A stretch of DNA of 64,000 bases from the NCBI GenBank assembly GCA_964016885.1, contig OZ024745.1:6076001-6140000 (forward strand). Direction: 5' to 3'. Every line of letters begins with the position of its first letter. Positions within the stretch are counted from its first letter, which is position 1. The notes under the pieces were generated by a model. It was not told the DNA's origin. It saw only the letters and a program-made list of their open reading frames with translations, and ran no database searches. Shown piece after piece: positions 18,001 to 36,100 of this stretch. Source of the DNA: Eledone cirrhosa (Eukaryota). The position numbers were made by a program, and so were the translations under genes.

Positions 18001-21000
18001 CACAAAATACACCTTCCCAGATCATATAACACAATATACACCTTCCCAGGCCATATAACAAAATATAGACCTTCCCAGACCATATAACACAATATACACC
18101 TTCCCAGGCCATGTAACACAATATACACCTTCCCAGGCCATATAACACAATATACACCTTCCCAGACCATATAACACAATATACACCTTCCCAGACCATA
18201 TAACACAATATACACCTTCCCAGGCCATATATCATAATATACACCTTCCCAGACCATATAACACAATATACACCTTCCCAGGCCATATAAACAATATACA
18301 CCTTCCCAGATCATATAACACAATATACACCTTCCCAGGCCATGTAACACGATATAAACCTTCCCAGGCCATATAACACAATATACACCTTCGCAGGCCA
18401 TATAACACACAATATACACCTTCCCAGGCCATATAACACAATATAGACCTTCCCAGACCATATAACACAATATACACCTTCCGAGGCCATATAACACAAT
18501 ATACACCTTCCCAGACCATATAACACAATATACACCTTCCCAGACCATATAACACAATATAGACCTTCCCAGACCATATAACACAATATATACCTTCACA
18601 GGCCATATAACACAATATACAACTTCCCAGACCATATAACACAATATACACCTTCCCAGGCCATATAACACAATATACACCTTCCCAGACCATATAACAC
18701 AATATACACCTTCCCAGACCATATAACACAATATAGACCTTCCCAGACCATATAACACAATATACACCTTCCCAGACCATATAACACAATATACAACTTC
18801 CAAGGCCATGTAACACAATATACACCTTCCCAGGCCATGTAACACAATATACACTTTCCCAGGCCATATAACACAATATACACCTTCCCAGACCATATAA
18901 CACAATATACACCTTCCCAGGCCATGTAACACAATATACACCTTCCCAGGCCATATAACACAATATACACCTTCCCAGGCCATGTAACACAATATACCCC
19001 TTCCCAGACCATATAACACAATATACACCTTCCCAGGCCATGTAACACAATATACACCTTCCCAGGCCATATAACACAATATACACCTTCCCAGGCCATA
19101 TAACACAATATACACCTTCCCAGGCCATATAACACAATATACACCTTCCCAGGCCATGCAACACAATATACACCTTCCCAGGCCATATAACACAATATAC
19201 ACCTTCCCAGACCATATAACACAATATACACCTTCCCAGGCCATGTAACACAATATACACCTTCCCAGGCCATATAACACAATATACAACTTCCCAGGCC
19301 ATGTAACACAATATACACCTTCCCAGACCATATAACACAATATACACCTTCCCAGGTCATATAACACAATACACACCTTCCCAGGCCATGTAACACAATA
19401 TACACCTTCCCAGGACATGTAACACAATATACACCTTCCCAGGCCATATAACACAATATACACCTTCCCAGGCCATGTAACACAATATACACCTTCCCAG
19501 GCCATATAACACAATATACACCTTCCCAGGCCATGTAACACAATATACACCTTCCTAGGCCATATAACACAATATACACCTTCCCAGGCCATGTAACACA
19601 ATATACACCTTCCCAGGCCATATAACACAATATACACCTTCCCAGACCACATAACACAATACACACCTTCCCAGGCCATGTAACACAATATACACCTTCC
19701 TAGGCCATATAACACAATATACACCTTCCCAGGCCATATAACACAATATACACCTTCCCAGGCCATGTAACTCAATATACACCTTACCAGACCATATAAC
19801 ACAATATACACCTTCGCAGACCATATAACACAATATACAGCTGCCCAGGCAATGTAACACAATATACACCTTCCCAGGCCACATAACACAATATACACCT
19901 TCCCAGGCCATGTAACACAATATACACCTTCCCAGACCATATAACACAATATACACCTTCCCAGACCATATAACACAATATACACCTTCCCAGGACATAT
20001 AACACAATATACACCTTCCCAGACCATATAACACAATATACAACTTCCCAGACCATATAACACAAAATACACCTTCCCAGACCATATAACACAATATACA
20101 CCTTCCCAGGCCATATAACACAATATACACCTTCCCTGACCATATAACACAATATACACCTTCCCAGGCCATATATCATAATATACACCTTCCCAGACCA
20201 TATAACACAATATACACCTTCCCAGGACATATAACACAATATACACCTTCCCAGATCATATAACACAATATACACCTTCCCAGGCCATGTAACACGATAT
20301 ACACCTTCCCAGGCCATATAACACAATATACACCTTCCCAGGCCATATAACACACAATATACACCTTCCCAGACCATATAACACAATATACACCTTCCCA
20401 GACCATATAACACAATATAGACCTTCCCAGACCATATAACACAATATACACCTTCCCAGGCCATGTAACACAATATACACCTTCCCAGGCCATATAACAC
20501 AATATACACCTTCCCAGGCCATGTAACACAATATACACCTTCCCAGGCCATGTAACACAATATACACCTTCCCAGGCCATATAACACAATATACACCTTC
20601 CCAGGCCATGTAACACAATATACACCTTCCCAGGCCATATAACACAATATACACCTTCCCAGGCCATGTAACACAATATACACCTTCCCAGGCCATGTAA
20701 CACAATATACACTTTCCTAGGCCATATAACACAATATACACCTTCCAAGACCATATAACACAATATACACCTTCCCAGGCCATGTAACACAATATACACC
20801 TTCCCAGGCCATATAACACAATATACACCTTCCCAGGCCATGTAACACAATATACCCCTTCCCAGACCATATAACACAATATACACCTTCCCAGGCCAGG
20901 TAACACAATATACACCTTCCCAGGCCATATAACACAATATACACCTTCCCAGGCCATATAACACAATATACACCTTCCCAGGCCATATAACACAATATAC

Positions 21001-24000
21001 ACCTTCCCAGGCCATGTAACACAATATACACCTTCCCAGGCCATATAACACAATATACACCTTCCCAGACCATATAACACAATATACACCTTCCCAGGCC
21101 ATGTAACACAATATACACCTTCCCAGGCCATATAACACAATATACAACTTCCCAGGCCATATAACACAATATACACCTTCCCAGACCATATAACACAATA
21201 TACACCTTCCCAGGCCATATAACACAATACACACCTTCCCAGGCCATGTAACACAATATACACCTTCCCAGGCCATGTAACACAATATACACCTTCCCAG
21301 GCCATATAACACAATATACACCTTCCCAGGCCATGTAACACAATATACACCTTCCCAGGCCATATAACAAAATATACACCTTCCCAGGCCATGTAACACA
21401 ATATACACCTTCCTAGGCCATATAACACAATATACACCTTCCCAGGCCATGTAACACAATATACACCTACCCAGGCCATATAACACAATATACACCTTCC
21501 CAGACCATATAACACAATACACACCTTCCCAGGCCATGTAACACAATATACACCTTCCCAGGCCATATAACACAATATACACCTTCCCAGGCCATATAAC
21601 ACAATATACACCTTCCCAGGCCATGTAACTCAATATACACCTTACCAGACCATATAACACAATATACACCTTCGCAGACCATATAACACAATACACAGCT
21701 GCCCAGGCAATGTAACACAATATACACCTTCCCAGGCCATATAACACAATATACACCTTCCCAGGCCATGTAACACAATATACACCTTCCCAGACCATAT
21801 AACACAATATACACCTTCCCAGACCATATAACACAATATACACCTTCCCAGGACATATAACACAATATACACCTTCCCAGACCATATAACACAATATACA
21901 ACTTCCCAGACCATATAACACAAAATACACCTTCCCAGACCATATAACACAATATACACCTTCCCAGGCCATATAACACAATATACACCTTCCCTGACCA
22001 TATAACACAATATACACCTTCCCAGGCCATATATCATAATATACACCTTGCCAGACCATATAACACAATATACACCTTCCCAGGCCATATAACACAATAT
22101 ACACCTTCCCAGATCATATAACACAATATACACCTTCCCAGGCCATGTAACACGATATACACCTTCCCAGGCCATATAACACAATATACACCTTCCCAGG
22201 CCATATAACACACAATATACACCTTCCCAGACCATATAACACAATATACACCTTCCCAGACCATATAACACAATATAGACCTTCCCAGACCATATAACAC
22301 AATATACACCTTCCCAGGCCATATAACACAATATACACCTTCCCAGGCCATGTAACGCAATATACACCTTCCCAGACCATATAACACAATATACAACTTC
22401 CCAGGCCATGTAACACAATATACACCTTCCCAGGCCATATAACACAATATACACCTTCCCAGGCCATATAACACAATATACACCTTCCCAGGCCATATAA
22501 CACAATATACACCTTCCCAGGCCATATAACTCAATATACACCTTCCCAGGCCATATAACACAATATACACCTTCCCAGGCCATGTAACACAATATACACC
22601 TTCCCAGGCCACATAACACAATATACACCTTCCCAGGCCATATAACACAATATACACCTTCCCAGGCCATGTAACACAATATACACCTTCCCAGACCATA
22701 TAACACAATATACACCTTCCCAGGCCATGTAACACAATATACACCTTCCCAGGCCATATAACACAATATACACCTTCCCAGGCCATATAACACAATATAC
22801 ACCTTCCCAGCCCATGTAACACAATATACACCTTCCCAGAGCATATAACACAATATACATCTTCCCAGGCCATATAACACAATATACACCTTCCCAGGCC
22901 ATATAACACAATATACACCTTCCCAGGCCATGTAACACACAATATACACCTTCCCAGGCCATGTAACACAATATACACCTTACCAGACCATATAACACAA
23001 TATACACCTTCGCAGACCATATAACACAATATACGGCTTCCCAGGCAATGTAACACAATATACACCTTCCCAGGCCATATAACACAATATACAGCTTCCC
23101 AGGCAATGTAACACAATATACACCTTCCCAGGCCATGTAACACAATATACACCTTACCAGACCATATAACACAATATACACCTTCGCAGACCATATAACA
23201 CAATATACAGCTTCCCAGGCAATGTAACACAATATACACCTTCCCAGACCATATAACACAATATACACCTTCCCAGACCATATAACACAATATACACCTT
23301 CCCAGGACATATAACACAATATACACCTTCCCAGACCATATAACACAAAATACACCTTCCCAGATCATATAACACAATATACACCTTCCCAGGCCATATA
23401 ACAAAATATAGACCTTCCCAGACCATATAACACAATATACACCTTCCCAGGCCATGTAACACAATATACACCTTCCCAGGCCATATAACACAATATACAC
23501 CTTCCCAGACCATATAACACAATATACACCTTCCCAGACCATATAACACAATATACACCTTCCCAGGCCATATATCATAATATACACCTTCCCAGACCAT
23601 ATAACACAATATACACCTTCCCAGGCCATATAAACAATATACACCTTCCCAGATCATATAACACAATATACACCTTCCCAGGCCATGTAACACGATATAA
23701 ACCTTCCCAGGCCATATAACACAATATACACCTTCCCAGGCCATATAACACACAATATACACCTTCCCAGGCCATATAACACAATATAGACCTTCCCAGA
23801 CCATATAACACAATATACACCTTCCGAGGCCATATAACACAATATACACCTTCCCAGACCATATAACACAATATACACCTTCCCAGACCATATAACACAA
23901 TATAGACCTTCCCAGACCATATAACACAATATATACCTTCACAGGCCATATAACACAATATACAACTTCCCAGACCATATAACACAATATACACCTTCCC

Positions 24001-25790
24001 AGGCCATATAACACAATATACACCTTCCCAGACCATATAACACAATATACACCTTCCCAGACCATATAACACAATATAGACCTTCCCAGACCATATAACA
24101 CAATATACACCTTCCCAGACCATATAACACAATATACAACTTCCCAGGCCATGTAACACAATATACACCTTCCCAGGCCATGTAACACAATATACACTTT
24201 CCCAGGCCATATAACACAATATACACCTTCCCAGACCATATAACACAATATACACCTTCCCAGGCCATGTAACACAATATACACCTTCCCAGGCCATATA
24301 ACACAATATACACCTTCCCAGGCCATGTAACACAATATACCCCTTCCCAGACCATATAACACAATATACACCTTCCCAGGCCATGTAACACAATATACAC
24401 CTTCCCAGGCCATATAACACAATATACACCTTCCCAGGCCATATAACACAATATACACCTTCCCAGGCCATATAACACAATATACACCTTCCCAGGCCAT
24501 GTAACACAATATACACCTTCCCAGGCCATATAACACAATATACACCTTCCCAGACCATATAACACAATATACACCTTCCCAGGCCATGTAACACAATATA
24601 CACCTTCCCAGGCCATATAACACAATATACAACTTCCCAGGCCATGTAACACAATATACACCTTCCCAGACCATATAACACAATATACACCTTCCCAGGT
24701 CATATAACACAATACACACCTTCCCAGGCCATGTAACACAATATACACCTTCCCAGGACATGTAACACAATATACACCTTCCCAGGCCATATAACACAAT
24801 ATACACCTTCCCAGGCCATGTAACACAATATACACCTTCCCAGGCCATATAACACAATATACACCTTCCCAGGCCATGTAACACAATATACACCTTCCTA
24901 GGCCATATAACACAATATACACCTTCCCAGGCCATGTAACACAATATACACCTTCCCAGGCCATATAACACAATATACACCTTCCCAGACCACATAACAC
25001 AATACACACCTTCCCAGGCCATGTAACACAATATACACCTTCCTAGGCCATATAACACAATATACACCTTCCCAGGCCATATAACACAATATACACCTTC
25101 CCAGGCCATGTAACTCAATATACACCTTACCAGACCATATAACACAATATACACCTTCGCAGACCATATAACACAATATACAGCTGCCCAGGCAATGTAA
25201 CACAATATACACCTTCCCAGGCCACATAACACAATATACACCTTCCCAGGCCATGTAACACAATATACACCTTCCCAGACCATATAACACAATATACACC
25301 TTCCCAGACCATATAACACAATATACACCTTCCCAGGACATATAACACAATATACACCTTCCCAGACCATATAACACAATATACAACTTCCCAGACCATA
25401 TAACACAAAATACACCTTCCCAGACCATATAACACAATATACACCTTCCCAGGCCATATAACACAATATACACCTTCCCTGACCATATAACACAATATAC
25501 ACCTTCCCAGGCCATATATCATAATATACACCTTCCCAGACCATATAACACAATATACACCTTCCCAGGACATATAACACAATATACACCTTCCCAGATC
25601 ATATAACACAATATACACCTTCCCAGGCCATGTAACACGATATACACCTTCCCAGGCCATATAACACAATATACACCTTCCCAGGCCATATAACACACAA
25701 TATACACCTTCCCAGACCATATAACACAATATACACCTTCCCAGACCATATAACACAATATAGACCTTCCCAGACCATATAACACAATAT
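15030..25790. repeat. Largest higher-order tandem duplication, period 5343 bp (184 units); the left part has offset 5430
   Basis: Same-length ORF pairs 16299..17606 / 21642..22949, 16691..18301 / 22034..23644, 17811..20246 / 23154..25589 and 18232..19347 / 23575..24690. Also 15287..15949 / 20717..21379 (5430 = 5343+87). 5343 = 184x29 + four +2 units - one -1 unit. Confidence 0.93.
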
Positions 25791-28479
25791 ACACCTTCCC
25801 AGGCCATATAACACAATATACACCTTCCCAGGCCATGTAACGCAATATACACCTTCCCAGACCATATAACACAATATACAACTTCCCAGGCCATGTAACA
25901 CAATATACACCTTCCCAGGCCATATAACACAATATACACCTTCCCAGGCCATATAACACAATATACACCTTCCCAGGCCATATAACACAATATACACCTT
26001 CCCAGGCCATATAACTCAATATACACCTTCCCAGGCCATATAACACAATATACACCTTCCCAGGCCATGTAACACAATATACACCTTCCCAGGCCATATA
26101 ACACAATATACACCTTCCCAGGCCATGTAACACAATATACACCTTCCTAGGCCATATAACACAATATACACATTCCCAGGCCATGTAACACAATATACAC
26201 CTTCCCAGGCCATATAACACAATATACACCTTCCCAGACCATATAACACAATACACACCTTCCCAGGCCATATAACACAATATACACCTTCCCAGGCCAT
26301 GCAACACAATATACACCTTCCCAGACCATATAACAAAATATACACCTTCCCAGGCCATGTAACACAATATACACCTTCCCAGGCCATATAACACAATATA
26401 CACCTTCCCAGGCCATATAACACAATATACACCTTCCCAGCCCATGTAACACAATATACACCTTCCCAGAGCATATAACACAATATACATCTTCCCAGGC
26501 CATATAACACAATATACACCTTCCCAGGCCATATAACACAATATACACCTTCCCAGGCCATGTAACACAATATACACCTCCCCAGGCCATATAAGACAAT
26601 ATACACCTTCCCAGGCCATAAAACACAATATACACCTTCCCAGGCCATGTAACACAATATACACCTTCCCAGACCATATAACACAATATACATCTTCCCA
26701 GGCCATATAACACAATATACACCTTCCCAGGCCATGTAACACAATATACACCTTCCCAGGCCATATAACACAATATACACCTTCCCAGACCATATAACAC
26801 AATATACACCTTCCCAGGCCATGTAACACAATATACACCTTCCCAGGCCATATAACACAATATACAACTTCCCAGACCATGTAACACAATATACACCTTC
26901 CCAGACCATATAACACAATATACACCTTCCCAGGCCATATAACACAATACACACCTTCCCAGGCCATGTAACACAATATACACCTTCCCAGGCCATGTAA
27001 CACAATATACACCTTCCCAGGCCATATAACACAATATACACCTTCCCAGGCCATGTAACACAATATACACCTTCCCAGGCCATATAACACAATATACACC
27101 TTCCCAGACCATATAACACAATATACACTTTCCCAGGCCATGTAACACACAATATACACCTTCCCAGGCCATATAACACAATATACACCTTCCCAGGCCA
27201 TGTAACACACAATATACACCTTCCCAGGCCATGTAACACAATATACACCTTACCAGACCATATAACACAATATACACCTTCGCAGACCATATAACACAAT
27301 ATACGGCTTCCCAGGCAATGTAACACAATATACACCTTCCCAGGCCATGTAACACAATATACAGCTTCCCAGGCAATGTAACACAATATACACCTTCCCA
27401 GGCCATGTAACACAATATACACCTTACCAGACCATATAACACAATATACACCTTCGCAGACCATATAACACAATATACAGCTTCCCAGGCAATGTAACAC
27501 AATATACACCTTCCCAGACCATATAACACAATATACACCTTCCCAGACCATATAACACAATATACACCTTCCCAGGACATATAACACAATATACACCTTC
27601 CCAGACCATATAACACAAAATACACCTTCCCAGATCATATAACACAATATACACCTTCCCAGGCCATATAACAAAATATAGACCTTCCCAGACCATATAA
27701 CACAATATACACCTTCCCAGGCCATGTAACACAATATACACCTTCCCAGGCCATATAACACAATATACACCTTCCCAGACCATATAACACAATATACACC
27801 TTCCCAGACCATATAACACAATATACGCCTTCCCAGGCCATATATCATAATATACACCTTCCCAGACCATATAACACAATATACACCTTCCCAGGCCATA
27901 TAAACAATATACACCTTCCCAGATCATATAACACAATATACACCTTCCCAGGCCATGTAACACGATATAAACCTTCCCAGGCCATATAACACAATATACA
28001 CCTTCCCAGGCCATATAACACACAATATACACCTTCCCAGGCCATATAACACAATATAGACCTTCCCAGACCATATAACACAATATACACCTTCCCAGGC
28101 CATATAACACAATATACACCTTCCCAGACCATATAACACAATATACACCTTCCCAGACCATATAACACAATATAGACCTTCCCAGACCATATAACACAAT
28201 ATACACCTTCCCAGGCCATATAACACAATATACACCTTCCCAGGCCATGTAACGCAATATACACCTTCCCAGACCATATAACACAATATACAACTTCCCA
28301 GGCCATGTAACACAATATACACCTTCCCAGGCCATATAACACAATATACACCTTCCCAGGCCATATAACACAATATACACTTTCCCAGGCCATATAACAC
28401 AATATACACCTTCCCAGGCCATATAACACAATATACACCTTCCCAGGCCATATAACCCAATATACACCTTCCCAGGCTA

Positions 28480-31400
28480 TATAACACAATACACACCTTC
28501 CCAGGCCATGTAACACACCAGATACACCTTCCCAGGCCATGTAACACAATATACACCTTCCCAGGCCATATAACACAATATAAACCTTCCCAGGCCATAT
28601 AACACAATACACACCTTCCCAGGCCATGTAACACACCAGATACACCTTCCCAGGCCATGTAACACAATATACACCTTCCCAGCCCATATAACACAATATA
28701 CACCTTCCCAGGCCATATAACACAATACACACCTTCCCAGGCCATGTAACACACAATATACACCTTCCCAGGCCATGTAACACAATATACACCTTCCCAG
28801 GCCATGTAACACAATATACACCTTCCCAGGCCATATAACACAATATACACCTTCCCAGACCATATAACACAATATACAGCTTCCCAGATCATATAACACA
28901 ATATACACCTTCCCAGGCCATGTAACACAATATACACCTTCCCAGGCCATATAACACGATATACACCTTCCCAGACCATGTAACACAATATACACCTTCC
29001 CAGGCCATATAACACAATACACACCTTCCCAGGCCATATAACACAATATACACCTACCCAGGCCATAAAACACAATACACACCTTCCCAGGCTATGTAAC
29101 ACAATATACACCTTCCCAGGCCATATAACACAATATACACCTTCCCAGACCATATAACACAATATACACCTTCCCAGACCATATAACACAATATACACCT
29201 TCCCAGGCCATATAACACAATATACACCTTCCCAGACCATATAACACAATATACACCTTCCCAGGCCACGTAACACAATATACACCTTCCCAGGCCATGT
29301 AACACAATATACACCTTCCCAGGCCATATAACACAATATACACCTTCCCAGGCCATGTAACACAATATACACCTTCCCAGGCCATGTAACACAATATACA
29401 CCTTCCCAGGCCATATAACACAATATACACCTTCCCAGGCCATGTAACACAATATACACCTTCCCAGGCCATATAACACAATATACACCTTCCCAGGCCA
29501 TATAACACAATATACACCTTCCCAGGCCATGTAACACAATATACACCTTCCCAGGTCATATAACACAATATACACCTTCCCAGGCCATGTAACACAATAT
29601 ACACCTTCCCAGGCCATGTAACACAATATACACCTTCCCAGGCCATATAACACAATATACACCTACCCAGACCATATAACACAATATACACCTTCCCAGG
29701 TCATATAACACAATATACACCTTCCCAGACCATATAACACAATACACACCTTCCCAGGCCATGTAACACAATATACACCTTCCCAGGCCATATAACACAA
29801 TATACACCTTCCCAGGCGATATAACACAATATACACCTTCCCAGGCCATGTAACTCAATATACACCTTACCAGACCATATAACACAATATACACCTTCGC
29901 AGACCATATAACACAATATACAGCTGCCCAGGCAATGTAACACAATATACACCTTCCCAGGCCATATAACACAATATACACCTTCCCAGGCCATGTAACA
30001 CAATATACACCTTCTCAGACCATATAACACAATATACACCTTCCCAGACCATATAACACAATATACACCTTCCCAGGACATATAACACAATATACACCTT
30101 CCCAGACCATATAACACAATATACACCTTCCCAGGCCATATAACACAAGATACACCTTCCCAGGCCATATAACACAATATACACCTTCCCAGGCCATATA
30201 ACACAAAATACACCTTCCCAGACCATATAACACAATATACACCTTCCCAGGCCATATAACACAATATACACCTTCCCAGACCATATAACACAATATACAC
30301 CTTCCCTGACCATATAACACAATATACACCTTCCCAGGCCATATATCATAATATACACCTTCCCAGACCATATAACACTCAATATACACCTTCCCAGGCC
30401 ATATAACACAATATAGACCTTCCCAGACCATATAACACAATATACACCTTCCCAGGCCATATAACACACAATATACACCTTCCCAGGCCATATAACACAA
30501 TATAGACCTTCCCAGACCATATAACACAATATACACCTTCCCAGGCCATATAACACAATATACACCTTCCCAGACCATATAACACAATATACACCTTCCC
30601 AGACCATATAACACAATATAGACCTTCCCAGACCATATAACACAATATACACCTTCCCGGGCCATATAACACAATATACACCTTCCCAGGCCATGTAACG
30701 CAATATACACCTTCCCAGACCATATAACACAATATACAACTTCCCAGGCCATGTAACACAATATACACCTTCCCAGGCCATATAACACAATATACACCTT
30801 CCCAGGCCATATAACACAATAAACACCTTCCCAGGCCATATAACACAATATACACCTTCCCAGGCCATATAACACAATATACACCTTCAAGGCCATATAA
30901 CACAATATACACCTTCCCAGACCATATAACACAATATACACCTTCCCAGACCATATAACACAATATAGACCTTCCCAGACCATATAACACAATATACACC
31001 TTCCCGGGCCATATAACACAATATACACCTTCCCAGGCCATATAACACAATATACACCTTCCCAGGCCATGTAACACAATATACACCTTCCCAGGCCATG
31101 TAACACAATATACACCTTCCCAGGCCATATAACACAATATACACCTTCCCAGGCCATGTAACACAATATACACCTTCCCAGGCCATGTAACACAATATAC
31201 ACCTTCCCAGGCCATATAACACAATATACACCTTCCCAGGCCATGTAACACAATATACACCTTCCCAGGCCATATAACACAATACACACCTTCCCAGGCC
31301 ATGTAACACACCAGATACACCTTCCCAGGCCATGTAACACAATATACACCTTCCCAGGCCATATAACACAATATACACCTTCCCAAGCCATATAACACAA

Positions 31401-33160
31401 TACACACCTTCCCAGGCCATGTAACACACCAGATACACCTTCCCAGGCCATGTAACACAATATACACCTTCCCAGGCCATATAACACAATATACACCTTC
31501 CCAGGCCATATAACACAATACACACCTTCCCAGGCCATGTAACACACAATATACACCTTCCCAGGCCATGTAACACAATATACACCTTCCCAGGCCATGT
31601 AATACAATATACACCTTCCCAGGCCATATAACACAATATACACCTTCCCAGACCATATAACACAATATACAGCTTCCCAGATCATATAACACAATATACA
31701 CCTTCCCAGGCCATGTAACACAATATACACCTTCCCAGGCCATATAACACGATATACACCTTCCCAGACCATGTAACACAATATACACCTTCCCAGGCCA
31801 TATAACACAATACACACCTTCCCAGGCCATATAACACAATATACACCTTCCCAGGCCATATAACACAATACACACCTTCCCAGGCTATGTAACACAATAT
31901 ACACCTTCCCAGGCCATATAACACAATATACACCTTCCCAGACCATATAACACAATATACACCTTCCCAGACCATATAACACAATATACACCTTCCCAGG
32001 CCATATAACACAATATACACCTTCCCAGACCATATAACACAATATACACCTTCCCAGGCCACGTAACACAATATACACCTTCCCAGGCCATGTAACACAA
32101 TATACACCTTCCCAGGCCATATAACACAATATACACCTTCCCAGGCCATGTAACACAATATACACCTTCCCAGGCCATGTAACACAATATACACCTTCCC
32201 AGGCCATATAACACAATATACACCTTCCCAGGCCATGTAACACAATATACACCTTCCCAGGCCATATAACACAATATACACCTTCCCAGGCCATATAACA
32301 CAATATACACCTTCCCAGGCCATGTAACACAATATACACCTTCCCAGGTCATATAACACAATATACACCTTCCCAGGCCATGTAACACAATATACACCTT
32401 CCCAGGCCATGTAACACAATATACACCTTCCCAGGCCATATAACACAATATACACCTTCCCAGACCATATAACACAATATACACCTTCCCAGGTCATATA
32501 ACACAATATACACCTTCCCAGACCATATAACACAATACACACCTTCCCAGGCCATGTAACACAATATACACCTTCCCAGGCCATATAACACAATATACAC
32601 CTTACCAGGCTATATAACACAATATACACCTTCCCAGGCCATGTAACTCAATATACACCTTACCAGACCATATAACACAATATACACCATCGCAGACCAT
32701 ATAACACAATATACAGCTGCCCAGGCAATGTAACACAATATACACCTTCCCAGGCCATATAACACAATATACACCTTCCCAGGCCATGTAACACAATATA
32801 CACCTTCCCAGACCATATAACACAATATACACCTTCCCAGACCATATAACACAATATACACCTTCCCAGGACATATAACACAATATACACCTTCCCAGAC
32901 CATATAACACAATATACACCTTCCCAGGCCATATAACACAAGATACACCTTCCCAGGCCATATAACACAATATACACCTTCCCAGGCCATATAACACAAA
33001 ATACACCTTCCCAGACCATATAACACAATATACACCTTCCCAGGCCATATAACACAATATACACCTTCCCAGACCATATAACACAATATACACCTTCCCT
33101 GACCATATAACACAATATACACCTTCCCAGCCCATATATCATAATATACACCTTCCCAGA
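28480..33160. repeat. Duplication with offset 2793 bp (96 units +10 -1)
   Basis: Identical ORFs 29092..29691 / 31885..32484. Paired CACCAGATAC units at ~28516, ~28634 and ~31309, ~31427. ACAAGATAC at ~30145 and ~32938. Confidence 0.85.
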
Positions 33161-36100
33161 CCATATAACACAATATACACCTTCCCAGGCCATATAACAC
33201 AATATACACCTTCCCAGATCATATAACACAATATACACCTTCCCAGGCCACGTAACACGATATACACCTTCCCAGGCCATATAACACAATATACAACTTC
33301 CCAGGCCATATAACACACAATATACACCTTCCCAGACCATATAACACAATATACACCTTCCCAGACCATATAACACAATATAGACCTTCCCAGACCATAT
33401 AACACAATATACAACTTCCCAGGCCATGTAACACAATATACACCTTCCCAGGCCATATAACACAATATACACCTTCCCAGGCCATGTAACACGATATACA
33501 CCTTCCCAGGCCATATAACATAATACACACCTTCCCAGGCCATATAACACAATATACACCTTCCCAGGCCATATAACACAATATACACCTTCCCAGGCCA
33601 TATAACACAATATACACCTTCCCAGGCCATATAACACAATACACACCTTCCCAGGCCATGTAACACCCCAGATACACCTTCCCAGGCCATGTAACACAAT
33701 ATACACCTTCCCAGGCCATATAACACAATATACACCTTCCCAGGCCATATAACACAATATACACCTTCCCAGGCCATATAACACAATACACACCTTCCCA
33801 GGCCATGTAACACACAATATACACCTTCCCAGGCCATGTAACACAATATACACCTTCCCAGGCCATGTAACACAATATACACCTTCCCAGGCCATATAAC
33901 ACAATATACACCTTCCCAGACCATATAACACAATATACAGCTTCCCAGATCATATAACACAATATACACCTTCCCAGGCCATGTAACACAATATGCACCT
34001 TCCCAGGCCATATAACACGATATACACCTTCCCAGACCAAGTAACACAATATACACCTTCCCAGGCCATATAACACAATACACACCTTCCCAGGCCATAT
34101 AACACAATATACACCTTCCCAGGCCATATAACACAATACACACCTTCCCAGGCCATGTAACACAATATACACCTTCCCAGGCCATATAACACAATATACA
34201 CCTTCCCAGACCATATAACACAATATACACCTTCCCAGACCATATAACACAATATACACCTTCCCAGGCCATATAACACAATATACACCTTCCCAGACCA
34301 TATAACACAATATACACCTTCCCAGGCCACGTAACACAATATACACCTTCCCAGGCCATGTAACACAATATACACCTTCCCAGGCCATATAACACAATAT
34401 ACACCTTCCCAGGCCATATAACACAATATACACCTTCCCAGGCCATGTAACACAATATACACCTTCCCAGGTCATATAACACAATATACACCTTCCCAGG
34501 CCATGTAACACAATATACACCTTCCCAGGCCATGTAACACAATATACACCTTCCCAGGCCATATAACACAATATACACCTTCCCAGACCATATAACACAA
34601 TATACACCTTCCCAGGTCATATAACACAATATACACCTTCCCAGACCATATAACACAATACACACCTTCCCAGGCCATGTAACACAATATACACCTTCCC
34701 AGGCCATATAACACAATATACACCTTCCCAGGCTATATAACACAATATACACCTTCCCAGGCCATGTAACTCAATATACACCTTACCAGACCATATAACA
34801 CAATATACACCTTCGCAGACCATATAACACAATATACAGCTGCCCAGGCAATGTAACACAATATACACCTTCCCAGGCCATATAACACAATATACACCTT
34901 CCCAGGCCATGTAACACAATATACACCTTCCCAGACCATATAACACAATATACACCTTCCCAGACCATATAACACAATATACACCTTCCCAGGACATATA
35001 ACACAATATACACCTTCCCAGACCATATAACACAATATACACCTTCCCAGGCCATATAACACAAGATACACCTTCCCAGGCCATATAACACAATATACAC
35101 CTTCCCAGGCCATATAACACAAAATACACCTTCCCAGACCATATAACACAATATAAACCTTCCCAGGCCATATAACACAATATACACCTTCCCAGACCAT
35201 ATAACACAATATACACCTTCCCTGACCATATAACACAATATACACCTTCCCAGCCCATATATCATAATATACACCTTCCCAGACCATATAACACAATATA
35301 CACCTTCCCAGGCCATATAACACAATATACACCTTCCCAGATCATATAACACAATATACACCTTCCCAGGCCACGTAACACGATATACACCTTCCCAGGC
35401 CATATAACACAATATACACCTTCCCAGGCCATATAACACACAATATACACCTTCCCAGACCATATAACACAATATACACCTTCCCAGACCATATAACACA
35501 ATATAGACCTTCCCAGACCATATAACACAATATACAACTTCCCAGGCCATGTAACACAATATACACCTTCCCAGGCCATATAACACAATATACACCTTCC
35601 CAGGCCATGTAACACGATATACACCTTCCCAGGCCATATAACATAATACACACCTTCCCAGGCCATATAACACAATATACACCTTCCCAGGCCATATAAC
35701 ACAATATACACCTTCCCAGGCCATATAACACAATATACACCTTCCCAGGCCATATAACACAATACACACCTTCCCAGGCCATGTAACACCCCAGATACAC
35801 CTTCCCAGGCCATGTAACACAATATACACCTTCCCAGGCCATATAACACAATATACACCTTCCCAGGCCATATAACACAATATACACCTTCCCAGGCCAT
35901 ATAACACAATACACACCTTCCCAGGCCATGTAACACACAATATACACCTTCCCAGGCCATGTAACACAATATACACCTTCCCAGGCCATGTAACACAATA
36001 TACACCTTCCCAGGCCATATAACACAATATACACCTTCCCAGACCATATAACACAATATACAGCTTCCCAGATCATATAACACAATATACACCTTCCCAG

